A DNA stretch of 32,000 bases. Origin: Trichlorobacter lovleyi SZ (GTDB taxonomy: Bacteria; Desulfobacterota; Desulfuromonadia; Geobacterales; Pseudopelobacteraceae). The stretch covers positions 3,240,001 to 3,272,000 of the forward strand of contig NC_010814.1 of NCBI RefSeq assembly GCF_000020385.1, read 5' to 3'. Position numbers and translations under genes: made by a program. The notes beneath the pieces were generated by a model. It searched no databases, was not told where the DNA came from, and was given only the letters and a program-made list of their open reading frames with translations. How positions within the stretch are numbered: the first letter of the stretch is position 1; every line of letters begins with the position of its first letter. Shown here piece by piece: positions 7,386-15,362 of this stretch.

Positions 7386-8477
7386 ATGTGTAAAAAGCTT
7401 TTTATTGCCGCAACCGGACAACACTGCGGAAAAACAACCATCAGTCTGTCGCTGATGCATCTGGCGCTCAAGCAGTATGCTCGAGTCGGCTACATAAAGC
7501 CGCTCGGCCCCAAATGCCAGGATTTTAACGGTACTATTGTCGACAAGGATGCGGCGTTAATGGCCCGCGTCTTTGGTCAGGAGGAACGGATCGCCCTGAT
7601 GTCGCCGCTGGTACTGGGCAAAGGTGCCACCCGCCGGTTTCTGGATGGGGAGCAGACCCGGGAATGGGCCGCAGAACAGATTCAGAACGCCTGTCATGAA
7701 CTTGAGTCGCAGTGTGACCTGATCCTGATCGAAGGTGCCGGCCACAGCGGCGTAGGCTCGGTGATCGGCCTGAACAATGCCGATATGGCCCGCATGCTGG
7801 GGGCGCCGGTGGTGATGGTGGCCGGTGGCGGCATCGGCAATGTGATTGATTCGGTCCGCATGAACCTGGCGCTGTACCAGCAGGAAGGGGTCGACGTCAA
7901 ACTGCTGCTGGTCAACAAGATGCTTCCTGACAAACGCCAGTCATCACTGGCCTATCTGGAAAAGTATTTTGCCCCCAATGGGATCATGGTCAGCGGTGCG
8001 TTTGACTATTCAGCGGTGCTGGCCGATCCGACCCTGCAGAACCTCTCCAAGCTGCTGGACAAACCGCTGCAGGGGGACCAGGGCAAGCGCCAGAGAATCA
8101 TTCACCACATCCATCTGGGGGCAGCTTCATCGCAGAAGGTGATCGACAACCTCAAGGATTCAACCCTGCTGCTCACCACCAGCTCGCGGGATGAACTGCT
8201 GGTCACCCTCTCATCGCTCTATAACATACCGGCCTTTCAGAGCAAGATTGCCGGCATTGTCATCCCCGGCCACGCCCCGGTGTCTGCCATTACCCAACGG
8301 ATCATCGACGACAGCGGTATTCCGTACATCCGGATCGAGAAGACCACGGCAGAGGTCTACAGCGCCCTGACCGACCATATTTCAAAAATCAGCCACGAAG
8401 ACACGGAAAAGATCTCACTGGTAACCAGCCAGGCCGAGCAGGTGATCGATTTCGAGGCGATCAAGTCGATCCTGTAA
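7386..8477 (+). CDS. Stand-alone phosphotransacetylase-N-terminal-like protein (BioD/CobQ-like P-loop domain plus DRTGG domain), 363 aa
   Basis: N-terminus LFIAATGQHCGKTTISL (P-loop), then ..LILIEGAGHSGVGSV..APVVMV.. The second half, ..STLLLTTSSRDELLVTLSSL..IAGIVIPGH.., is DRTGG-like. No PTA_PTB catalytic domain follows. GAGGA RBS. Confidence 0.75.
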   Translation: MCKKLFIAATGQHCGKTTISLSLMHLALKQYARVGYIKPLGPKCQDFNGTIVDKDAALMARVFGQEERIALMSPLVLGKGATRRFLDGEQTREWAAEQIQNACHELESQCDLILIEGAGHSGVGSVIGLNNADMARMLGAPVVMVAGGGIGNVIDSVRMNLALYQQEGVDVKLLLVNKMLPDKRQSSLAYLEKYFAPNGIMVSGAFDYSAVLADPTLQNLSKLLDKPLQGDQGKRQRIIHHIHLGAASSQKVIDNLKDSTLLLTTSSRDELLVTLSSLYNIPAFQSKIAGIVIPGHAPVSAITQRIIDDSGIPYIRIEKTTAEVYSALTDHISKISHEDTEKISLVTSQAEQVIDFEAIKSIL

Positions 8478-8480
8478 CGC

Positions 8481-8508
8481 CAAAGGGCGGCCAACCGGCC
8501 GCCCTTTG
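8481..8508. terminator. Bidirectional terminator hairpin between convergent genes
   Basis: CAAAGGGCGGCC-aacc-GGCCGCCCTTTG, a perfect 12-bp stem. Confidence 0.65.
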
Positions 8509-8533
8509 CTACTGCTGATCATTATGTCTGCTG

Positions 8534-8941
8534 TTAGGGAGCCACAACGTACCAGACATTGTTAACACCCTGCCCGGCCGTATCTCCCGGCTTCAGATCC
8601 TTGAAGAAGTAGTACAACGGCAGACCTTTGTAGGTGGTCTGTTTTTTGCCGTCTCCCCGTACAATGGTTCCAAAATCCCCGGCATTCACGCCTTCGGGGG
8701 CCGTCACCTTTTCTGCGCTGAACAGGGGCCATTTCTCAACGCAGGGGCCAGCGCAGGCGCTCGTGCCTGCAGTATCCTTTTTGAACAGATACAGGGTCAT
8801 CCCTTTCTCATCAGTCAGGTATTTTCCAATACCGTCCTTCTCCTTGACGCCGACACCATCGGCAGCTGCCACACTGGAAAACATCAGGACAGCAATGGCC
8901 ATGGTAAGCATTCCGGATAGCATCATTTTGAGCGTTTTCAT
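8534..8941 (-). CDS. Secreted protein with COG4315 / Lipoprotein_15-type repeats (135 aa)
   Basis: Start re-set to ATG 8941, with GAGGAGGG upstream. Signal peptide MKTLKMMLSGMLTMAIAVLMFSSVAAA. Repeats ..YLTDEKGMTLYLFKKD..C.GPCVEKWPL.. and ..TTYKGLPLYYFFKD. Confidence 0.75.
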   Translation of the reverse strand: MKTLKMMLSGMLTMAIAVLMFSSVAAADGVGVKEKDGIGKYLTDEKGMTLYLFKKDTAGTSACAGPCVEKWPLFSAEKVTAPEGVNAGDFGTIVRGDGKKQTTYKGLPLYYFFKDLKPGDTAGQGVNNVWYVVAP

Positions 8942-9241
8942 GAGTTTGCCCTCCTCTTGTTCTTTGTTTAATTTCACTGTAGTCCCCTGGTAGAAGCTTG
9001 TCAAAACAAAAAAGACCAAACAGGTCTTGTTAAGATCACAAGCTGGTGTTGTTGGATTGGCGACTGATCAGCGAGCCCCATCCACCCTGTCCCCTCTTCA
9101 TAACGCCACGTGTCATACTGGCTGCCAGAGAGCTATTGCACCAAAGCACTCTAAAATGCTACATAGATAAACTCATATCTGTACACTGCCCTAAAAGGCG
9201 CGGCAACTGCCACGCCAGATCACTTTTACGAGGTTGAAAGC

Positions 9242-10561
9242 ATGACAATCAAACAGTTTGGCCCGACAAAACTGGACGCAGCACTGATCCCGGTAATAGC
9301 CCGGCAATGGGGTACCCCGATCTACCTGCATGACCAGGAGTACATTGAGAACAGCTGCGAACAACTGCTGAACATGCCCAACGCCTTTGGTCTGCATGTG
9401 CGCTACGCCATGAAGGCCAACTCAGACCGCACCGTGCTGCGGGTGGTTACCGGCAAAGGGCTGGATCTGGACTGCTCATCACTGGATGAAGCGGCCCGCG
9501 CCCATGCTGCCGGGATCCCCTTCAGCCGGATGATGCTGACCACCCAGGAGGTTCCTGGCGGTGACGAGCGTGCTGAGCTGGAAGCGATGATCAAGGCCGG
9601 ACTCAAGTACAATGTCTGCTCCATGCTGCAGTTCAACCTGATTGCCGACTTTGCCAAAGCCAACCGGATCGATCTTTCTATGCGGGTCCATCCCGGTGCG
9701 GCCGGCGGCGGCGAAAGCGCCACCCGCGATACCGGCAGCGAGTATTCCTGCTTTGGCGTGCACCTGAACGACGTTCCCAAGGTCAAGGCGATGGCTGATG
9801 AGAAAGGATTGCGCTTTACTCAGGTGCATGTCCATATCGGCTCCGGCGGCGATCCTGAAAAATGGCGCCAGAACATTGACCGTGAACTGGGCTTTGTAAA
9901 GACCTACTTCCCCGACGCCACCACCGTCAGCTTTGGCGGCGGACTGAAAGTGGCCCGGATGCCGGGTGAAAAGCAGGCTGATATCGCCTCATTGGGCGCC
10001 TATGCCAAGCAGCGGATTGAAGAGTTCAAGGCGGAAACCGGCCGTGAACTGCAGATGGAGATTGAACCGGGTACCTTTGTGGTGGCCAACTCCGGCCATA
10101 TCATCACCCGCATTATCGACAAGAAGCTGACCAATGAATTGAACTTTCTGATTGTGGACGGCGGCATGGAACTGCTGACCCGCCCGTTGCTCTACGGCTC
10201 CGAGCATCCGGTTAGCATCGTGCGTCAGGACGGCACCCTGCTCTCCAGCGAATATGACCAGGCCCCCGCACAAGGGCTCAAATCATTCGGTATCGTGGGG
10301 CGCTGCTGTGAAAGCGGCGACTCGGTCCGCCTGGATAACGACGGCAACATTGTGCCGGTGCTGATTGCCGAGCCGGAGATCGGTGATTATGTGGTGATCG
10401 GCGGCACCGGGGCCTACTCCGAGAGCATGTCGCCCGAGAACTACAACTCCCATCGCAAACCGGGGGCAGTCATGAAGACCAAAAGCGGCGAACTGGTACA
10501 GATCCGCAAAAAGCAGGTCCGTGAGCAACTGACCCAGAATGAACTGGATGTAACGCTGTAA
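9242..10561 (+). CDS. PLP-dependent decarboxylase of the diaminopimelate decarboxylase (LysA) family, 439 aa
   Basis: Motifs are YAMKANSDRTVL (PLP lysine), HVHIGSGG, EPGTFVVANSG, GRCCESGD and GAYSESMS..NYNSHRKP. Whether it is the housekeeping lysA or a paralogue cannot be decided here. Confidence 0.85.
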   Translation: MTIKQFGPTKLDAALIPVIARQWGTPIYLHDQEYIENSCEQLLNMPNAFGLHVRYAMKANSDRTVLRVVTGKGLDLDCSSLDEAARAHAAGIPFSRMMLTTQEVPGGDERAELEAMIKAGLKYNVCSMLQFNLIADFAKANRIDLSMRVHPGAAGGGESATRDTGSEYSCFGVHLNDVPKVKAMADEKGLRFTQVHVHIGSGGDPEKWRQNIDRELGFVKTYFPDATTVSFGGGLKVARMPGEKQADIASLGAYAKQRIEEFKAETGRELQMEIEPGTFVVANSGHIITRIIDKKLTNELNFLIVDGGMELLTRPLLYGSEHPVSIVRQDGTLLSSEYDQAPAQGLKSFGIVGRCCESGDSVRLDNDGNIVPVLIAEPEIGDYVVIGGTGAYSESMSPENYNSHRKPGAVMKTKSGELVQIRKKQVREQLTQNELDVTL

Positions 10562-10586
10562 TCAACCGCACAGAATCTCTTGACGA

Positions 10587-10614
10587 CAAAAGGCGGCCGG
10601 AAGGCCGCCTTTTG
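10587..10614. terminator. Bidirectional terminator hairpin between convergent genes
   Basis: CAAAAGGCGGCC-ggaa-GGCCGCCTTTTG, a perfect 12-bp stem. Confidence 0.65.
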
Positions 10615-10634
10615 CATGTTCCCCTGCTCTCCGG

Positions 10635-11759
10635 TCATTCCCCGGCGCCGGTCAGAATAGCTGCCACCCACTGCGCCAGTCGCGTCAGCTCCGCTACCGC
10701 AATCCGCTCCTGACAGGTATGCACTTTTTCAAAGCCGCAGCAGAGTACTGCAGTGGGGATCCCCCATTCATTGAAAAAATTGGCATCTGAGCCGCCACCG
10801 GTGGAACGGTGACGTACATTCAGTCCCAGGCGGCGGGCTGCCTCCCCGGCACGGCGCACAGGCTCAGATGCCGGGTCAAGCCGGTATGAGCGGTAGTTGG
10901 AGCGGACACTGATCTCCACACGACCGCCTGCTGACTGTGCCGCATCCTCCAGTGCCTGCCGCATGCTTGCTACCTGCATCGCCAGGCGGGCAGGATCGGT
11001 AGAACGCGCTTCCGCGCTCAGCTCACAGTGATCCGGCACAATATTGGTCGGCCCATCAGCCCGGATACTGCCGATGTTGGCGGTGGTCTCATCATCAATC
11101 CGCAATAGCTTCATGCCTGCAATGGCTGTAGCGGCAATCTGGATGGCCGAGATCCCCTCCTGCGGGGCAATACCGGCATGGGCCGCACGGCCATGAATAA
11201 CCGCAGACAGCCGCACCTGTTCCGGCGCCTTGACCACAATCTCACCCACCGGGCCTCCGGCATCCAGCACAAAACCGCAGCGGGAAACAATCCGTGATGC
11301 ATCAAACTGCTCTATTCCCTGCAATGACAGCTCTTCGGCCACGCTGAACAGCAGCTCCAGCGGCGGATGGGGCAGGCCCTGCTCCCGGACCGCCGTTATC
11401 CCCTCCAGCACCGCTGCCAGCCCGGCCACATCATCGGCCCCCAGTACTGTACTGCCGTCGCTGACAATATACTCACCCGCCAGCTGCGGCTTTACCCCGC
11501 AACCGGGCACCACCCGATCCATGTGACAGGAAAACAGCAAGGTCTCACCGGGGCCGCTACCTGGCAGGGTGGCATACAGATTACCGGCATTGCCGCCAAG
11601 CCGGGAACCGGTATCATCCTCAGTCACCGTAACCCCCAGTTCCGTCAGGAGTGTGGTCAGGCGGTCAGCCATGGCCCGTTCTTTGGTGGGCTCGGCATCA
11701 ATGGCGCACAGTTCCATGAAGCTGTTCAATAATCGTGCTGTGTTAATCTCTGGTGTCAT
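10635..11759 (-). CDS. M20/M25/M40 family metallopeptidase (PepT/YqjE-like tripeptidase type), 374 aa
   Basis: Metal-ligand motifs are SCHMDRV, LGADDVAGLA and FSVAEELSLQG. The C-terminus is ..GGGSDANFF. Confidence 0.85.
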   Translation of the reverse strand: MTPEINTARLLNSFMELCAIDAEPTKERAMADRLTTLLTELGVTVTEDDTGSRLGGNAGNLYATLPGSGPGETLLFSCHMDRVVPGCGVKPQLAGEYIVSDGSTVLGADDVAGLAAVLEGITAVREQGLPHPPLELLFSVAEELSLQGIEQFDASRIVSRCGFVLDAGGPVGEIVVKAPEQVRLSAVIHGRAAHAGIAPQEGISAIQIAATAIAGMKLLRIDDETTANIGSIRADGPTNIVPDHCELSAEARSTDPARLAMQVASMRQALEDAAQSAGGRVEISVRSNYRSYRLDPASEPVRRAGEAARRLGLNVRHRSTGGGSDANFFNEWGIPTAVLCCGFEKVHTCQERIAVAELTRLAQWVAAILTGAGE

Positions 11760-11929
11760 TGGGCAGTATCCGTCCTGATAAGGTCGTAGTTAAACAGAGG
11801 CATCATGATACCTGCTCCGGTGCCGGCAGGCAAGCTACAGACAGCCCGCGGGCAGACCTCAGCGTTGATCCGGCTCTTCACTGGTTTCCGGAGGCAAACG
11901 GAAAGGAGGGCAGACGCAATTATATACAA

Positions 11930-11955
11930 ACAAGGCGGCCGATTGGCCGCCTTGT
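11930..11955. terminator. Orphan terminator-like hairpin in a divergent intergenic region
   Basis: ACAAGGCGGCC-gatt-GGCCGCCTTGT, an 11-bp stem. No called gene ends near it on either strand. The minus-strand side is followed by TTTGTATATAATT. Confidence 0.35.
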
Positions 11956-12097
11956 GAAATAAAATATGAGGAGTGTCCCGAATTATTCCCATTTTACAAA
12001 AAATTGCCCCTATCGCTTGACTCCACCAGAGAATGCGGCAAGCTTAACTAATGTTGAAGCTTACTGCCAAACCTCTTGAAAACCTGGAGCCACTACC

Positions 12098-13339
12098 ATG
12101 AAAGCCATCATGATACTCAGTATTGCCGTGCTGATGGCAGTCGCGCTGCCTGCGGCGGATGGCCTCTGCGACAGCGAGGCGAGACCTCTCCTCCAGTCAC
12201 AGTCCAAGCCGGAGGAAGAACCGCGGCTGACCCGCACGGTTTTCCTGTCAGGGCTTAGCGATCCATGGGACCTGGCGTTCACTCCTGATGGGGCGCTGCT
12301 GTTCACCGAGAAGTGCCGCGGACTGTCGGTTCGCCGCACAGATGGCAGTATCCATCGATTGTTCGGCACAAAAGGTTCCTCCGTGGTTGCCGGGGATTTT
12401 TTCTGCCGGGGGCAGAGCGGCATGCACGGAGTAGCTGTTGATCCTGATTTCGTGCGCAACCGCTTCGTATATGTTTACATGCCGTCGAAGCTTGGCAGTC
12501 CGGCAACCAATCGGGTCATCCGCCTGACCGTCGACAGGGGATATTCAAAAGTGAGCAACCGCAGAGACATCGTGACCGATATTCCTTTCAAAAACAGCTT
12601 CAATCGCTGGGGCGGAGCGGGAGCGCATAGCGGCGGCCGCATCCGCTTCGGTCCATCCGACGGGTTCCTCTACGTCACCACCGGCGACAACCATAACGGA
12701 CTGCTGCCCCAGGACCTGAAGCGCCTCGGGGGGAAGATTCTCCGCATCGACCGCAACGGTGCGGCCGCACCGGGCAACAAAACCCCGTCGGGCGGAGATC
12801 CGCGGATCTTTACCTACGGGCATCGCAACGTCCAGGGGATTGCCTTCCATCCCGGAACCGGCCGTCCCTATTCATGCGAGCATGGACCGGGGCGTGACGA
12901 TGAAGTGACTCCGCTTTTCTCCGGAGGAAACGGCGGCTGGGATCCAAAACCAGAGCCGGGTGTCGACTGCGCAAGCAACTATTGCGGCTATGTCTCGAAC
13001 AAGCGGGACGGCACGCCGACGCCAATGACCGACATCGGCAAGTTTCCCGATGCGATGCGACCTTCCTGGAACAACAACGGAATATCAGAAGGCATGTCCC
13101 CGTGCGTCTTTCTTAGCGGCGCGAAATGGAAAGCATGGGAGGGCCGCCTGGCGGTGGGATTCCTGCGCGGCCAGCGCATTGATATTCTGAAGCTGAACCA
13201 GGCCGGGGTGACGACTGGGATATTGAAAATGCCCGACATACCGTCTGAACGGATTCGAACCCTCGTCCTCGGTCCCGAACAGGCGCTTTTCGTCTCCACC
13301 GATGACGGTGAAATATGGCGGATAACCGCAAGTCCTTAG
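12098..13339 (+). CDS. PQQ-dependent sugar dehydrogenase (soluble glucose/sorbosone dehydrogenase family), secreted, 413 aa
   Basis: Signal peptide MKAIMILSIAVLMAVALPAA. Family blocks are ..DPWDLAFTPDGALLFTEK.., ..GMHGVAVDPDF..VYVYM.., ..GGRIRFGPSDGFLYVTTGD.., ..LGGKILRIDRNG.. and ..IFTYGHRNVQGIAFHP..EHGPGRDDEV. Confidence 0.85.
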   Translation: MKAIMILSIAVLMAVALPAADGLCDSEARPLLQSQSKPEEEPRLTRTVFLSGLSDPWDLAFTPDGALLFTEKCRGLSVRRTDGSIHRLFGTKGSSVVAGDFFCRGQSGMHGVAVDPDFVRNRFVYVYMPSKLGSPATNRVIRLTVDRGYSKVSNRRDIVTDIPFKNSFNRWGGAGAHSGGRIRFGPSDGFLYVTTGDNHNGLLPQDLKRLGGKILRIDRNGAAAPGNKTPSGGDPRIFTYGHRNVQGIAFHPGTGRPYSCEHGPGRDDEVTPLFSGGNGGWDPKPEPGVDCASNYCGYVSNKRDGTPTPMTDIGKFPDAMRPSWNNNGISEGMSPCVFLSGAKWKAWEGRLAVGFLRGQRIDILKLNQAGVTTGILKMPDIPSERIRTLVLGPEQALFVSTDDGEIWRITASP

Positions 13340-13396
13340 CTTTTGTTTCCGATTGAAAAGCGGGGGTAATTCCAAACCATTGGAGGCAAATTGGCT

Positions 13397-13573
13397 ATGG
13401 ACAGACAGGGATGCAACTGCAGCAAGGTGAAAAATGAAATGACCTGCAAGGCATGCGACAATGAAATGCCGCTATCCTTCTGGTGCGAGACCTGTCAGCT
13501 GCTGGTGCCTGAAAAGCGCTGCCCAAGCTGCGGGCTGAAGGCTAAAAGAGTTAGACGGCCCGACCATACGTGA
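13397..13573 (+). CDS. Small zinc-ribbon protein (58 aa)
   Basis: MDRQGCNCSKVKNEMTCKACDNEMPLSFWCETCQLLVPEKRCPSCGLKAKRVRR, with CxxC pairs CKAC, CETC and CPSC. GGAGG lies 10 nt upstream of ATG 13397; the track start at 13391 is TTG. Confidence 0.45.
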   Translation: MDRQGCNCSKVKNEMTCKACDNEMPLSFWCETCQLLVPEKRCPSCGLKAKRVRRPDHT

Positions 13574-13606
13574 TCTGAATATCAAAATACTGCTATATTA
13601 AAGGGT

Positions 13607-13624
13607 GCAAGTGCCGCAAGTGCC
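13607..13624. repeat. Perfect 9-bp tandem duplication, GCAAGTGCC x2
   Basis: Read directly from the sequence. It ends 1 nt before the left inverted repeat of the transposase unit. Confidence 0.9.
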
Positions 13625-13625
13625 G

Positions 13626-13650
13626 GGGTCAGGCTTGCCTTTCTGTTATT
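13626..13650. repeat. Left arm of the 25-bp inverted repeat flanking the transposase gene
   Basis: GGGTCAGGCTTGCCTTTCTGTTATT. The reverse complement of 14595..14619 is GGGTCAGGCTTGACTTTCTGTTATT, so 24 of 25 positions match. This arm overlaps the last 7 codons and the stop of the transposase ORF. Confidence 0.9.
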
Positions 13651-14576
13651 TTCAAGAGCAACTCACGCGCAACAGACACCTTTCGCCCGGTTCCTGCATC
13701 CTCAACCGCGGCCAGACGCCGGGCTGACCTGCCCAGAACGGTAATATCGCGCCCGAGATAACCACCCAACGCCGTCAGGGACAGCGCGGGTGTTTCAAGC
13801 ACCAACAACGCGGCAAGCGCCCGCGCTTCACTGGCGGGGCGGTGCTTCCCCGGCGCTCTCAACTGGTCATCCGAAACTCCGTACACCTGACATACAGAGG
13901 CAATGACATCTTTCAGGGCGATTGCATGCACCACCGGCTCATCGCCCTTTGATAGCGCCTCTTCGACAAAAGTACCGTCACCCAGAATCCGTCCTTCGTG
14001 TGAACCGGAATGGAACTCGGAACGCCGCAGTTCGCCAATACCATCAAGCACAAACTGTTGATAGCGTATGCGGACATCCTCGCCCCCACCCAGGCATGCC
14101 AGCAGCCATTCCGTTGTCAGCCAGGGTATCTCTTCCTGGCCTGCATACGCGCGGTGGCTGCTCCAGAGATAGTCAGCCGGTTGTTTGACCATACCGGCTC
14201 GCACCGGATTAAGGTGGAGATAGCGTACCAGCTCAAGCAGATATGAATTAGCATCGATCAAGAGCGCTTTATAGCGCCCCTGGAAGAGATGACCGGTACG
14301 GGATTGGCTGTAGTTGATCCAGGCGGTGTAACGTTGGGATAGTTGCTGCATAATACGGGAAAGCGGTGTCGTGCCGGTCTGCACTATCAGATGGATATGG
14401 TTGGTCATCAGGCAGAATGCGTGGATACGGCAGCCGAACGTATCTATTGCTCGCTGCAAAAACAGGTAAAAACGGGAGCGGTCGCGGTCATTGAAGAAGA
14501 CGGTCTGGCCTGCATTACCGCGCAGGATAACGTGGTAAACAGCGCCGGGATAATGGATACGAGGTTTGCGTGCCAT
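13629..14576 (-). CDS. HUH/Y1 tyrosine transposase, IS200-like / REP-associated (RayT-like), with an extra C-terminal HTH-like domain (315 aa)
   Basis: Motifs are YHVILRGN.., the HUH motif LMTNHIHLIVQ, ..GHLFQGRYKA.. and the catalytic Tyr region LVRYLHLNPVRAGMV. The C-terminal ~100 aa (..VIASVCQVYGVSDDQLRAPGKHRPASEARALAALLVLE..LSLTALGGYLGRDITVLGRSARRL) looks like DnaA domain IV; that similarity is inference. No obvious SD. Confidence 0.85.
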   Translation of the reverse strand: MARKPRIHYPGAVYHVILRGNAGQTVFFNDRDRSRFYLFLQRAIDTFGCRIHAFCLMTNHIHLIVQTGTTPLSRIMQQLSQRYTAWINYSQSRTGHLFQGRYKALLIDANSYLLELVRYLHLNPVRAGMVKQPADYLWSSHRAYAGQEEIPWLTTEWLLACLGGGEDVRIRYQQFVLDGIGELRRSEFHSGSHEGRILGDGTFVEEALSKGDEPVVHAIALKDVIASVCQVYGVSDDQLRAPGKHRPASEARALAALLVLETPALSLTALGGYLGRDITVLGRSARRLAAVEDAGTGRKVSVARELLLKITERQA

Positions 14577-14594
14577 GCAGGATATGTAGCAGCG

Positions 14595-14619
14595 AATAAC
14601 AGAAAGTCAAGCCTGACCC
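14595..14619. repeat. Right arm of the 25-bp inverted repeat flanking the transposase gene
   Basis: AATAACAGAAAGTCAAGCCTGACCC, beginning 18 nt upstream of the transposase ATG. Confidence 0.9.
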
Positions 14620-14667
14620 TAAAGGAGTTCCGTAGAAGATCCATTACCCGAGAATTACAGGGACAGT

Positions 14668-15012
14668 TTACTTAACTCCATGGATTATTTTACGAACAGC
14701 ATCCATCAACATCGGTAAATCGTCACGAATTGTGTTCCATACAATCTCCAGATCAACGCCGAAATATTCATGCGCCAGCAGATTGCGGAAATCCTTGACG
14801 TCCTGCCACGGTATCTCAGGATATTGGCGTTTCAACTCCTCTGACAGCTTGCCAACTGCCTCACCGATAATTTCGAACTCGCGAATTACCGCCGAGTAAC
14901 GCATTCGGTCCTGAACAAACCCATCACACGTTATTCCCTTAACATACGACTGGATGGCTGCGCCGGATTCCAGAATATCTTGACAATAGAGGAGTTGCGG
15001 ACGCTCAGACAT
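14668..15012 (-). CDS. hepT: HepT-like (DUF86) toxin of a type VII HepT/MntA toxin-antitoxin pair
   Basis: RX4HXY motif in FRNLLAHEYFGVD. 114 aa. Overlaps the upstream MNT gene by 8 nt. Confidence 0.85.
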   Translation of the reverse strand: MSERPQLLYCQDILESGAAIQSYVKGITCDGFVQDRMRYSAVIREFEIIGEAVGKLSEELKRQYPEIPWQDVKDFRNLLAHEYFGVDLEIVWNTIRDDLPMLMDAVRKIIHGVK

Positions 15013-15304
15013 AAATGATTTCCTTGGCTACTATCTCCCTCGCCAGCGGCTTCAAGGAACTCTCAATCCCCAGGTCTACCGTCTTGCCGAACTGCGCCTC
15101 GAGATAACGCCTGACACCAAGGAAATTCCCCAAGGACTTCTTTTCGGACATTATCTCTATGGCAATGTCGATATCAGAATCTTCACGAGCATCTCCACGG
15201 GCATAACTTCCGAAAAGACCGACGCTCACGACACCGAAACGCTGGGCCATTTCTTCTTTGTGCGTCTGCAAGAACGTGAGGATATCTTTTTTGCTTCTGA
15301 CCAT
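15005..15304 (-). CDS. mntA: MNT-domain nucleotidyltransferase antitoxin (MntA)
   Basis: GSYARGDAREDSDIDIAI matches the GSxxRGx(n)SDxD nucleotidyltransferase motif. 99 aa. AGGGAG RBS. Confidence 0.85.
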   Translation of the reverse strand: MVRSKKDILTFLQTHKEEMAQRFGVVSVGLFGSYARGDAREDSDIDIAIEIMSEKKSLGNFLGVRRYLEAQFGKTVDLGIESSLKPLAREIVAKEIIYV

Positions 15305-15362
15305 TCCATAACTCCCTAAACTTGCTAAACTGGAGTATACGTTTGCACTATCTAAAATGCAA

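Larger units (their letters stand above)
13626..14619 (-). mobile_element. Candidate REPtron / IS-like unit: a Y1 transposase gene bounded by 25-bp inverted repeats (994 bp)
   Basis: The inverted repeats plus the HUH transposase define the unit. No target-site duplication is seen. Confidence 0.5.

Noticed and set aside
9020-9241. Lysine (L-box) riboswitch upstream of the LysA-family gene
   Set aside because: None of the conserved L-box cores I remember (AGAGGCGC, GCCGAAG, CUGUCA in order) are present. Only short, non-specific hairpins are seen.
10635-11759. Calling the M20 peptidase DapE (succinyl-diaminopimelate desuccinylase) because of the nearby lysine genes
   Set aside because: The cluster encodes DapL, which bypasses the acylated intermediates. 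The sequence looks like the PepT/YqjE tripeptidase-type M20 subgroup rather than DapE. I kept the family-level call only.
11803-11955. 50-aa plus-strand ORF (MIPAPVPAGKLQ...) in the M20 / PQQ-dehydrogenase spacer
   Set aside because: Its 3' end is encoded by the palindromic hairpin itself. There is no family similarity, and composition is atypical. It is probably a fortuitous frame, or at most a relic.
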